A stretch of 64,000 bases of DNA from positions 375,817 through 439,816 of the forward strand of contig NMRA01000272.1 in the NCBI GenBank assembly GCA_002633005.1. Direction: 5' to 3'. The DNA comes from Phoronis australis. Lineage: Eukaryota; Animalia; Phoronida. Position 1 is the stretch's first letter. Each line of letters opens with the position of its first letter. The translations under genes and the position numbers were made by a program. Below the pieces are notes generated by a model. The model searched no databases and was not told where the DNA came from. It saw only the letters and a list, made by a program, of their open reading frames with translations. Of this stretch, positions 54,201 through 64,000 are shown piece by piece.

Positions 54201-57200
54201 CATTGAAAGCTGACTAAGTAAATTGATAATTTATTTTATAAAATATTCTTGAACAAGACGAGTGAGCAAAACGAATTTTTGCAAAAGAAAGATGGAAGAC
54301 AAATGGAAAAATTTACAAACAGGTGGTTACAAATGCATAATTTAATAGCAATCTAAGGATATTTCCAAAATACTATCTCCCCAAAACGAAAACAAACTGA
54401 TGTTTTAGAAAACTTTAACAGCGTTTTTGAGATCACGTCTTGAACAATTATATCAATGAAAATTCCGATCACGTTGTTGATACTGTTACTTTGCTATGAG
54501 TGAATCTTTCTATTTTGCTAAATTTTATTACGATACATGGTCACGTGACTCAATTAATTTGCAAATTGGTAAAACACCAACTGTTAAATTCTACTTTTAG
54601 TGCTTTTACTGTGTTAATATCTACAAATTTGTAGATATTTGGCTAAATGTAAACACTTGTCAGTAAGTTCCTTGATAACTTTCAAGTAAACGCTGTTGCG
54701 AATTATAACCGATGAGATTTTATTCGTTGGAGAACCCTAAATGACTTCTGGTGAAATCGGTATGTGAAGGATTCATTTTTGGCCATGACCTCTGTTCTAC
54801 TATGCTATACCGATACTAGCGATTAATAAAATACAAATCGAATCGATGGAGATCAGGAGGTTCAGTTGGTCTTCGAATCGACTGACTAGTCAATTCAACG
54901 GTTAAGATTTGTTGAAAGCTGCTTTAATCACACAAAATTAATAAAGCTGGCGTTAGATACTAATTGAACAAAGACACCGACAACTAGGACGAGGACGACA
55001 ATGATGATGATGAGGGCGACGATTACGGGACGATGACGAAGACGAGGACAAGAACGAGGACTATGACAACGACGACTTACATAATTTACGTTGCGTGTAA
55101 CGAACTAAATTTGTTCAGTCGTTCACATTGTGTTTTACAGGGACATTTCTCGCAACAACATTGCCTATGCGGGTAAAAAGATATTCAACGGACTGAATAG
55201 CTTGAAGCGCGTGTGAGTAAATTCATGGCTCACTGTTTCGAAAATTGCGACAGCATATATAAATTTCTTATATTTTCAAATTTGTTTGGAAAGGGAATGA
55301 TAAAAGTTGTTTGCCAATAATTACATGAAGCTGTGTTGAACTCGTGTGATATCTCCTAATCTGTTCAGAACAAAATTTATAAAATTTGAATCGAGTCCGT
55401 TTTGGTTGAAGCGCAATTTGAAACTAATTTCATGACTGAAAGTAGCTTAAATCGAAACTAGTTCCTTGACATACTGTAAAATGCAGGTTTAATGCCGGTT
55501 TAAGAAAGTCTTTTACACACATACATGTAGTTGGCCGGAAACAGTTCTTCCTATAAGGAATTAAAACGTTTTTTGTGCTCTCCTGTGTTTATTATACAGA
55601 GAGACTGATGAGTATCGTTTCTGCTGCGTCGAACGACGATCGAACTTCACCTGCTTACCAGGTCCAGATCTCTTCTCTAACTGTGAAGACTTGTTGGCCA
55701 ACTATGTCCTAAGGGTCAGCATTTGGATCGTTGGTTTAGCGGCCCTCATTGGGAACGTAATGGTAATCATATGGCGACAACTTGACAAGCGTAGCAGCAA
55801 GGTATCCATACTTGTGTCCAAATGTCTGAAAGTCTGAGATGCACTTATCAGTAAAATGCGTGTATCTTGCGGGTGAAGAAAATTTGAAGCTTCCATGGAG
55901 AAAGAAAGCTTTTTTTCTTGAGTCGTAACTCATTTGAAGGCATTATTTCATTGAAACTAACCATTTCGTAGGACCTCTGTTGGCAAATGGTAATGTTTTC
56001 TTTCGGAACTTCCCATGAAAACACATCCCCTGGAGTGGTAGTAAAATCTGCCAAATTTACATGGCCTTTTCATGTCTCTTACTAATAAATTTGTATGTCT
56101 ATAAAGTGTGTTTTTGTTTTGTGATAGGAATCTCTGTAATTGAGCATTATGTTAAGATTGATTTTATTGAGAAGTTAAGTTGTTGAGTATTGCCTCATTT
56201 TAGTGTTAATCTTGTATCATATTGATATCTTTTCCAGATAAATTCCTTCATGATAACCAATTTGGCATTCGCTGACTTCTTCATGGGTTTGTATCTGATG
56301 ATCATAGCCAGCGTCGACGCTTATCATCGCGGCCTCTACATTGAAAGTGACAAGAGCTGGCGCGAAAGTGCGTTGTGTACATTTGCCGGATTTCTGACAT
56401 TCTTTTCAAGTGAATTGTCCGTTTTTATACTGACAATGATAACTCTTTTTCGATTGTTCTGCATTACCTTCCCGTTCAAACGTAGTCGCTTTGGTATGCG
56501 CAAGGTACGAATCTGCATGTTTTGCATTTGGAGTATTTCAATCGCTCTGTCCACTATTCCGTTGATAGACATCGACTACTTCCGCATGTTCTATGGACGT
56601 TCTGGTGTGTGTCTGGCATTGCCATTGACAGTGGAGACGTATTCAAATGGATGGGAGTACTCTTTTTCCGTGTCGATTGTACTGAATCTGATATCGTTTC
56701 TAGTCATATTTATCTCGTATATTTGGATGTTTATTGTCGCCAAGAGTACACGAACGGCAGCGCGCACATCGGAAATGAAGTGCGACAACGTCATGGCGCG
56801 AAGGATGACAACGATTGTCGTCACGGACTTTCTGTCCTGGATGCCGATAATCGTCATCGCGATGTTGTCTTGCGGTGGGGTCGTCTTGCCATCACAGGTA
56901 GGCTAACATAAGATAAGCGGGCCCAAAGCCAGGGGTGTACAATGCCTTTAGAATGCAGGCTGACAGTTGTGTGCGCCAGGACGATTTAGTTTCAAAATTA
57001 TTGACTGACTTTTTGTATTTTTATTGTGTAATGTACAAATCAGTGTCTGAAGATCCCACTTGCCCTGAACAGCCTCAATAGACAGTCTCTCCAATAGGTG
57101 ACAGTCAGGTCTAGCATCAAGTGTCTGCACATCAATGGAGGGGAAGATATCTGTTGATGAGCATGAGAAAGGGACCACTGATCACAAACTCAGTCCGCGG

Positions 57201-58900
57201 TAATAGTCATTGGGTCCCGCATTTTGAGAAATAATCTGGGTAGAGTTCAGTAACTGTCTCGAGACTAGCAAAATCTTGCCAAAATCACGTGTTCTCATTT
57301 AAAATACACTGCAATATCTCACATAATCTCGCGAAGTCTTTTTTATTTTTAGCAAGGTCCAACCGTAAGCCCCAGCGTGACTGAACTCTACCGTGGTTGC
57401 TGTTATTCAGTGGAGAAAACAGGTTCGACAAAGTGCGGGGCCCATGAAAATCACTCATTACCCTCGGTGGCACCTCCTTTTCACTAGCTGGCTGTCGGTC
57501 CCGATTTCGAGACGAATCAGTGGCGAAATACGCATTGATAAAGAAATTTGAATCACGTCAGTTGATTCTGTAATTTATTACCGATGGACCAAATGAGATT
57601 TTCCAAAGTGATAAGAAAAGTTGTACAAAACCGCCATATTGTTGCATAACCTCACATGCAGGTCTGAAGCCTGCTCGTGAAAACCAGGCGTGCGTTCAGT
57701 AGACGCTAGGACCTAGCTAAAACCTAGTCTAAGTCACGTGTTCGTATTTAAAATACACGGCAATATCTCACGTAATCTCACGAAGTCTTGCTTTTTAGCG
57801 AGGTCCTAGCGTTACTGAACTGGAGGCAGCATGAGGTCTAACAGTCCTTACGCAAAATTAATAGTCCCGCTGTACAGTCACAGTTAGCACCATAACGACA
57901 AGGGAAGTGGGACAGAAAGCCACCTGACTTCTCATCTTGCAAACGGCCTATTAATGGCTTGAATGAAACTCAAATTAACAATGTGTTTTGTAGGGTGTCC
58001 CAAAATATGCACGGTTTAAATACGAGTACCAGGATTGTGGTGTTTTTCTAACTTCAGGAATCTCAAAGTTTGTTTCTCAGCATGAAGAACTTGCCACGGT
58101 GGGCTCTTGTTGTAGACAACAGTGTCCAGTTGCATGAAACAGTCCCAAATAGGGACTCATCTAAGGTCCTAAGTCTTTTTGAGTATTTTTGTCGTTATGG
58201 ACTCACAGATGCAATATTTTTCTATCATTTCATCTTTATTATGAGGTCCTCTTTGATTAGTGACATTTTCTAATAATATACTTAAAACTGAAGCCAGAGT
58301 TCATTGAAAATAAATAGGGACTCAGTCCTTAAGTTGGGGTGTTGCAGGCAGACCCCTAATTATTTTCGATAATATTGACAATTGGACGTAGAGTTCACTC
58401 TCGATCTGTATCAAAGTCAAAAGATGACTTAGTAATAAAACTAAAACAATACAAGAAAGGGCAATCTATGTTTTCACAAGTCCAAAAATGCGCAGTAAAT
58501 TTAGAGAAAGTAGTTGAGTCCCTATTTGGTACTGTTCTATGCAACCGGGCACTGGTGTCAAATTTGTCTGTGCCATCTAATTCCTACTGGTCTGAGTGGT
58601 GCTTAACTAGCACTGCACCATAGAAAACTTGCAGATGTCCGGGAGTTTGGCGTCAAAGTGATATAGGTATACTTTTATAATTTTTTATATACTCCATGTC
58701 GTTTAACGGCGAAGTGCTTATTATTTTGCAAGGTATACGCTTGGACCGCAGTGTTTGTTTTGCCTCTAAATTCAGCACTAAACCCTGTACTATACACCCT
58801 GTCGACGTCACATTTCATGAGGACTTTGGCCGAGAGATTTCAAGAGATGAAAGTTCAGACTGGAGACACAAGAAGTACCTCTGCCGAAGGCATGTTGCAG
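36208..58900 (+). CDS. GRL101: GRL101-like leucine-rich-repeat GPCR (LGR type C2: LDLa repeats + LRRNT/LRRs + 7TM)
   Basis: Signal exon 36208-36286. LDLa exons 36829-36951, 38043-38177 (dup 40761-40895), 39330-gap (dup 42027-42143), 43417-43533, 43950-44054, 44545-44661, 44952-45095, 45656-45775, 46555-46662, 46873-46992, 47404-47526, 48856-48975. LRRNT 49869-49986. LRR exons of 72-75 nt: 50261-50332, 53069-53140, 53407-53481, 53852-53923, 55141-55212. Hinge plus TM1 55600-55801 ([22 protein letters not shown]). TM2-6 56238-56897 ([24 protein letters not shown]). TM7 from 58733 ([22 protein letters not shown]). The 3' end is uncertain; candidate tail exons lie near 58947-58997, 61291-61353 and 61411 onward. 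Confidence 0.88.
37018..37165. mobile_element. Short MITE (CAGGGGCGGATCCAGGATTTT...AAAATCCTCCACTG)
   Basis: Imperfect TIR with G-rich and C-rich interior; partial copy at 39821-39929 and a related 3' end near 28100-28140. Confidence 0.55.
37058..42135 (+). repeat. ~2.35-kb tandem duplication across a gap (37058-39438 vs 39821-42135), probable uncollapsed haplotype
   Basis: Highly similar collinear copies with scattered SNPs and indels flank the N gap 39439-39820 and duplicate two LDLa exons. Confidence 0.85.
44165..44408. repeat. Cryptic (ACTGAT/GCT)n low-complexity repeat
   Basis: Direct inspection. Confidence 0.8.
45160..45440. repeat. Degenerate (GAT/GAC)n trinucleotide repeat
   Basis: Direct inspection; source of the spurious Met/Ile/His-rich ORFs. 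Confidence 0.85.
48190..48520. repeat. Foldback/compound inverted repeat
   Basis: 48262-48333 is the near-perfect reverse complement of 48411-48482; 48190-48246 is the approximate reverse complement of 48341-48395. Confidence 0.8.
50434..50590. mobile_element. Two tandem copies of the CATGGGCGGCGCA MITE
   Basis: Degenerate copy at 50434-50517 and intact copy at 50522-50590; homologous to 1101-1175. Confidence 0.7.
52414..52536. repeat. ~61-bp perfect tandem duplication
   Basis: CCAGAATGGTCTTCAGGAAATTCAACAGACGTGTCTCAATCTACTAAAAACTGTACGACAC occurs twice. Confidence 0.9.
52718..52975. repeat. 50-bp minisatellite, 5 copies
   Basis: Unit GTGTGACTGTTTAGTTGAATATAAAGGGATTTCCAGTCACTGTGATGGTT. Confidence 0.95.
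57245..57820. mobile_element. Two copies of a ~130-bp MITE (57245-57386 and 57694-57820)
   Basis: TIR GTTCAGTA..CGCTAGGACCT / AGGTCCTAGCGTTACTGAAC; shared core TCACGTGTTC..ATTTAAAATACAC..GCAATATCTCAC. Confidence 0.7.
58124..58550. mobile_element. ~430-bp MITE, same family as 32067-32486
   Basis: GTTGCATGAAACAGTCCCAAATAGGGACT ... AGTCCCTATTTGGTACTGTTCTATGCAAC. Confidence 0.7.
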
Positions 58901-59022
58901 AGTAATCTCTCAAGTCTTGTTCATTTATTATTTCCTTTTAACTCAGCATCCGGTCATTCAATACGAAACAATCGTCAATTTTCGTACAGCGTCAGAGTGT
59001 GCATTTACGGATCAAATATCTG

Positions 59023-59307
59023 GGTAACAGGTCACTACTCCCAAGGACCACTTCACCGAATGACTTGTTTCCGTCGTTTCTGCTGTCTTTGCAGCAAACG
59101 ACTCTTGTATCGTATCTTTGAAGTTCGCTTGACCAAAAGAAAATGTATCATATTAATGTCATAAAAAGAAACGAATGCGTTCATGTTAAGAGGAGGCGTG
59201 GGTTTCTTGGCATAGTGTTTTTTCGAAGCAGTGGGCCTTCGGAGTAATGGGCCTTCGGAGCAGTGTGCCTTCGGAGTAGTGGACCTTCGGAGTAGTTGGC
59301 TGTAACC
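59023..59307. mobile_element. Non-autonomous DNA transposon with 9-bp TSD (Mutator/MuDR-like MITE)
   Basis: TIR GGTAACAGGTCACTACTCCCAAGG vs reverse complement GGTTACAGCCAACTACTCCGAAGG; four 16-bp subterminal repeats (59233-59296); perfect TSD AAATATCTG at 59014-59022 and 59308-59316. Confidence 0.85.
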
Positions 59308-59799
59308 AAATATCTGTTTAGAGACACAGTTATTTGGGGACACAATGCTAGAGCATGCACGGTTACTAATGGAATCAAAGGTTGAATATTTCTCCAATAT
59401 GTCCCATAAGTATCCCTAGTCTCATATTCTGCCGTGCACACACCCAACAAAAATATGAGGATATTCTTTGTAACAACTGTCTCCAAATCACAATTTCTTC
59501 ATTTTGCACGAAAAAAGTGACCACACACGCACTGTTGTGACCTCATGAGGCCCACGAGAACGATGAATACACGGCGCTGTCGTTTCTTTCAAAGTAAACA
59601 AAATACGACGTTACCTTATCGTTAGTCAAATCATTGCGAAGCTTGCCTTGATTGTGTAAAATCGTCTACTTATCAATTGGAAAAACGTTCACTGAGTGAC
59701 TTCTGCACGCAAACCATATGAAGATATATGCAATCTGCTGCTAATATATACTTCGTATTGAATGACACTGTTTGGCTCGACTTGTTTGACCATTTTTAA

Positions 59800-61037
59800 T
59801 TAAGGTGTTCCATCGAAATTGAAACCTCGGTGTAAAGCAGATATCCCGGAGTCGAAAACAGACCCCCACACCTTCATAACAGCTAACCAGCCCTTAAAAC
59901 AGGAAACAGGAAACCCGGGGATTGAACAGGACACCCGGGAACCGAAACACCACTCTCGCACTTTCTGTTTATTTGAAGAAAATAGTACCTTTAATGTGCT
60001 TTGTATTCACAAGACACGTACCAGTTTCACATTTTGATGGAAAAATAAATCTTCCTAGTTTTTGTGATATGTTGTTGTACTATATAAGAATTTTAAATAA
60101 TTTATGACTGATTGGGGTTCTACCGTTATTCTGCTGCTTAAGTTGTGGTGCGATCTTTTGCGTCGGCTTTCGGCGCCTTGAAATAATGCGTCACCTACTG
60201 GCCAATTTTTCCAATTCTTCAATCAATTGTTCTTCTTCCACGAAGTTGCGTACATGTCACAGCTGGTTTCATTTCGTTACAACTTTTTTGCATTTTAATA
60301 CTATCAAACAGAATTTCAGAACAAATTTTGCTGCAGTGATCCGCCAAAAAGAGTGTGAATGCGTTGAGTTCAGAAATTCCAATTCCAAATTCCGTGTTAA
60401 TGATCGATGAGGAGTTGAAGTACACTTTTTGAGGGTAAGAACGGTCCATTTCAAAACCCAGACATTGGTTGTGCCGGAAACAATGTACTCCTGACAAGTA
60501 ACTATAGACGAACTTTAAGTATGCGACCAATTGTAAAGATATTTATAGGAAATAATCAACAATAGCACTCAAAAGTCGAAATAATACTTTTGTCTTTCAT
60601 TTTTTAAAATATTTTTGGAGAAACTACTGAATAACCTGAAATTAGCTAAATATTCACCGAGATACCAACGTGTTGAGAGAATAGATTATGGTGAAATTCG
60701 CCGCAGATAAGTTGCGCGAGTTTTACCGATAAAAATCAAACACCCTAGTCAATATAATTTGAGTTACATTTTCTTGTTGATAATTTTTAACAAAGAATTG
60801 CAGGAAATAATGGAAAGTACTTAAAGATGCTTAAACTCAAAGTTTGAGGCACTGACATTGTCTCAGAAAATTTGAAAAGTTGTCCGGGTTTCCTGTCCGC
60901 CCCGGGGTTCCTGTTTTAAAGGTCGGGATTCGTGTTTTTCGGGCCGGTTAGCTGTTTTGAAGGTACGAGGGTCTGTTTTCGACTCTAGGATATCTGTTTT
61001 ACTCCGGGACTCCAATTTTGATGGAACAACTTGTTAA
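59800..61037. mobile_element. ~1.2-kb non-autonomous element with ~140-bp imperfect TIRs, TTAA-flanked
   Basis: Left end TTAA-GGTGTTCCATCGAAATTG..CAGATATCC..GAGTCGAAAACAGACCC..CAGCTAACC; reverse complement at ~60880-61031 ending GATGGAACAAC(T/C)TG-TTAA. Confidence 0.7.
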
Positions 61038-64000
61038 TTATGGAATTCAAAGAAATTCGAGTACATGAACTCCAACAACCGAATCACGAGTATCCGTGTT
61101 TAACACAATAACCATAATGAAAAATGTTTCGACTTTTCGTATCGTTGACTCATTTGGCATTGAAATAAATAATGTTTCATTAACTGTTCCTAATGTGCCG
61201 CGTACTAACATCGGTACGTTAGATGTACATTATGACTTGAAAGGTTTTACGTCAGTAAACGAAATATTTTCCATTCTTTGTATATTACAGGACAGCTTTT
61301 CTGTAAAGTCACGTCAGTTACGACGTGATATGGAAGTTGGCTTAGAGGACAAGGTTTATGTGTTTTCATTCAGTGGTTCTCATTCTTTCTAACATTTTAT
61401 CTATATTTAGAGGATCGCGAGTATGTCCGTGTTAGAAGACTTATTTCGTCTGAGAGCAGGACCCCGACGCCTATGCGCATGCGTAGTCTCAGTGAGCCAC
61501 CGCCACTCAGATCAAGAAACGACTTCAGTCAAAAGGGAAAGCGTTGCAGGTTGGCACAGGCATACAAGCAGATCAAACAACCTACTACAGACTAAAGGAT
61601 ATAACAGTACAACGCTGATCTCGTATTTTTCAACTGTACCGAGTCGAATTTCATACGAGGCTACTATACCAAACTAGGAACCAATCTCATATTGGTTCCT
61701 AGTGGCAAGGGACACCTAAGATTAGTGTAAGCGGGGACACACCAAGTCCTCATATGTGAAGGACCGGAAGATCTTCATCAAGAAGAAGAAGATTGATTTT
61801 TATCAAGAGATGAAGAGAATAGAACAGTTTAATGATTTTGTGGAAGGACTTTGAAAGAGTCAACGCCGGACGCCAACGCTTCAACGGGTTTTGAACTGTG
61901 AGTAAACAGACTCCTAATGCAATAATGCCATTGTGCATACGTTGGCGGCTTGTGGTTATTTAAATTAAATTAGTCGTCGTGAGATTCTGGCGAATTGGTT
62001 TAATATTTCAGGCTTCATGTATGGCTTCAAAGACGTTAATTTTTATTAAATGCGTTTGTCCANNNNNNNNNNNNNNNNNNNNNNNNNNNNNNNNNNNNNN
62101 NNNNNNNNNNNNNNNNNNNNNNNNNNNNNNNNNNNNNNNNNNNNNNNNNNNNNNNNNNNNNNNNNNNNNNNNNNNNNNNNNNNNNNNNNNNNNNNNNNNN
62201 NNNNNNNNNNNNNNNNNNNNNNNNNNNNATAAGAATTTTAAATAATTTATGACTGATTGGGGTTCTACCGTTATTCTGCTGCTTAAGTTGTGGTGCGATC
62301 TTTTGCGTCGGCTTTCGGCGCCTTGAAATAATGCGTCACCTACTGGCCAATTTTTCCAATTCTTCAATCAATTGTTCTTCTTCCACGAAGTTGCGTACAT
62401 GTCACAGCTGGTTTCATTTCGTTACAACTTTTTTGCATTTTAATACTATCAAACAGAATTTCAGAACAAATTTTGCTGCAGTGATCCGCCAAAAAGAGTG
62501 TGAATGCGTTGAGTTCAGAAATTCCAATTCCAAATTCCGTGTTAATGATCGATGAGGAGTTGAAGTACACTTTTTGAGGGTAAGAACGATCCATTTCAAA
62601 ACCCAGAAATTGGTTGTGCCGGAAACAATGTACTCCTGACAAGTAACTATAGACGAACTTTAAAAATGCGGCCAATTGTAAAGATATTTATAGGAAATAA
62701 TCAACAATAGCACTCAAAAGTCGAAATAATACCTTTGTCTTCCATTTTTTAAAATATTTTTGGAGAAACTACTGAATAACCTGAAATTAGCTAAATATTC
62801 ACCGAGATACCAACGTGTTGAGAGAATAGATTATGGTGAAATTCGCCGCAGATAAGTTGCGCGAGTTTTACCGATAAAGATCAAACACCCTAGTCAATAT
62901 AATTTGAGTTACATTTTCTTGTTGACAATTTTTAACAAAGAATTGCAGAAAAAATGGAAAGTACTTAAAGATGCTTAAACTCAAAGTTTGAGGCACTGAC
63001 ATTGTCTCAGAAAATTTGAAAAATTGTCCGGGTTTCCTGTCCGATCCCCGGGGTTCCGGCCTGTTTTAAAGGTCGGGATTCGTGTTTTTTGGGCCGGTTA
63101 GCTGTTTTGAAGGTACGAGGGTCTGTTTTCGACTCTAGGATATCTGTTTTACTCCGGGGTTCCAATTTTGATGGAACAACCTGTTAATTATGGAATTCAA
63201 AGAAATTCGAGTACATGAACTCCAACAACCGAATCACGAGTATTCGTGTTTAACACAATAACCATAATGAAAAATGTTTCTACTTTTCGTATCGTTGACT
63301 CATTTGGCATTGAAATAAATAATGTTTCATTAACTGTTCCTAATGTGCCGCATACTAACATCGGTACGTTAGATGTACATTATGTCTTGAAAGGTTTTAC
63401 GTCAGTAAACGAAATATTTTCCATTCTTTGTATATTACAGGACAGCTTTTCTGTAAAGTCACGTCAGTTACGACGTGATATGGAAGTTTGCTTAGAGGAC
63501 AAGGTTTATGTGTGTTCATTCAGTGGTTCTCATTCTTTCTAACATTTTATCTATATTTAGAGGATCGCGAGTATATCCGTGTTAGAAGACATATTTCGTC
63601 TGAGAGCAGGACCCCGACGCCTATGCGCATGCGTAGTCTCAGTGAGCCACCGCCACTCAGATCAAGAAACGACTTCAGTCAAAAGGGAAAGCGTTGCAGA
63701 CTGGCACAGGCGTACAAGCAGATCAAACAACCTACTACAGACTAAAGGATATAATAGTACAACGCTGATTTCGTATTTTTCAACTGTACCGAGTCGAATT
63801 TCATACGAGGCTACTATACCAAACTAGGAACCAATCTCATATTGGTTCCTAGTGCCAAGGGAACCTAAGATTAGTGAAAGCGGGGACACACCAAGTCCTC
63901 ATATGTGAAGGACCGGAAGATCTTCATCAAGAAGAAGAAGAAGATTGATTTTTATCAAGAGATGAAGAGAATAGAACAGTTTAATGATTTTGTGGAAGGA
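60084..64000 (+). repeat. ~1.8-kb duplication across a gap (60084-61848 vs 62229-64000), probable uncollapsed haplotype
   Basis: Near-identical collinear copies on either side of the N gap 62063-62228. Confidence 0.85.

Noticed and set aside
55802-56237. Possible U12-type intron (donor GTATCCAT)
   Set aside because: Deviates from GTATCCTT and there is no TCCTTAAC branch point near the acceptor.
56920-57200. Possible LINE 3' fragment
   Set aside because: No diagnostic motif I can support by eye.
60084-64000. Duplicated ORFs (60186/62331, 61096/63246, 61423/63579) as a tandem gene family
   Set aside because: Near-identical copies flanking a gap, most likely alleles; the ORFs have no recognisable domains and partly lie in repeats.

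Overview
AT-rich, intron-rich animal genomic DNA (most likely a marine invertebrate; taxon not determinable from sequence alone) with three long assembly gaps and a few single Ns. Four protein-coding genes can be reconstructed by hand. (1) A 4-exon minus-strand type-I membrane protein with one cysteine-rich domain, resembling the TNF receptor Grindelwald/TNFRSF13-17 class (725-5787). (2) TBL3/UTP13, 22 coding exons on the + strand (6337-31206), starting about 550 bp head-to-head from gene 1. (3) An intronless rhodopsin-class, melatonin-receptor-like GPCR nested antisense in TBL3 intron 1 (10089-11150). (4) A GRL101-like LDLa-LRR-7TM receptor with 12 distinct LDLa exons (36208 to about 58900, C-terminal tail unresolved). 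Introns carry many MITEs (one with a clear 9-bp TSD), a Penelope GIY-YIG remnant, minisatellites and microsatellites. Two multi-kb duplications flanking gaps look like uncollapsed haplotypes. I see no clearly new biological system. The best leads are an in-frame duplicated WD40 exon tail inside a TBL3 'intron' that differs mostly at synonymous sites, the TNFR-like/TBL3 bidirectional promoter, and the nested GPCR with altered activation motifs. All gene and family calls come from motif recognition, not database searches.
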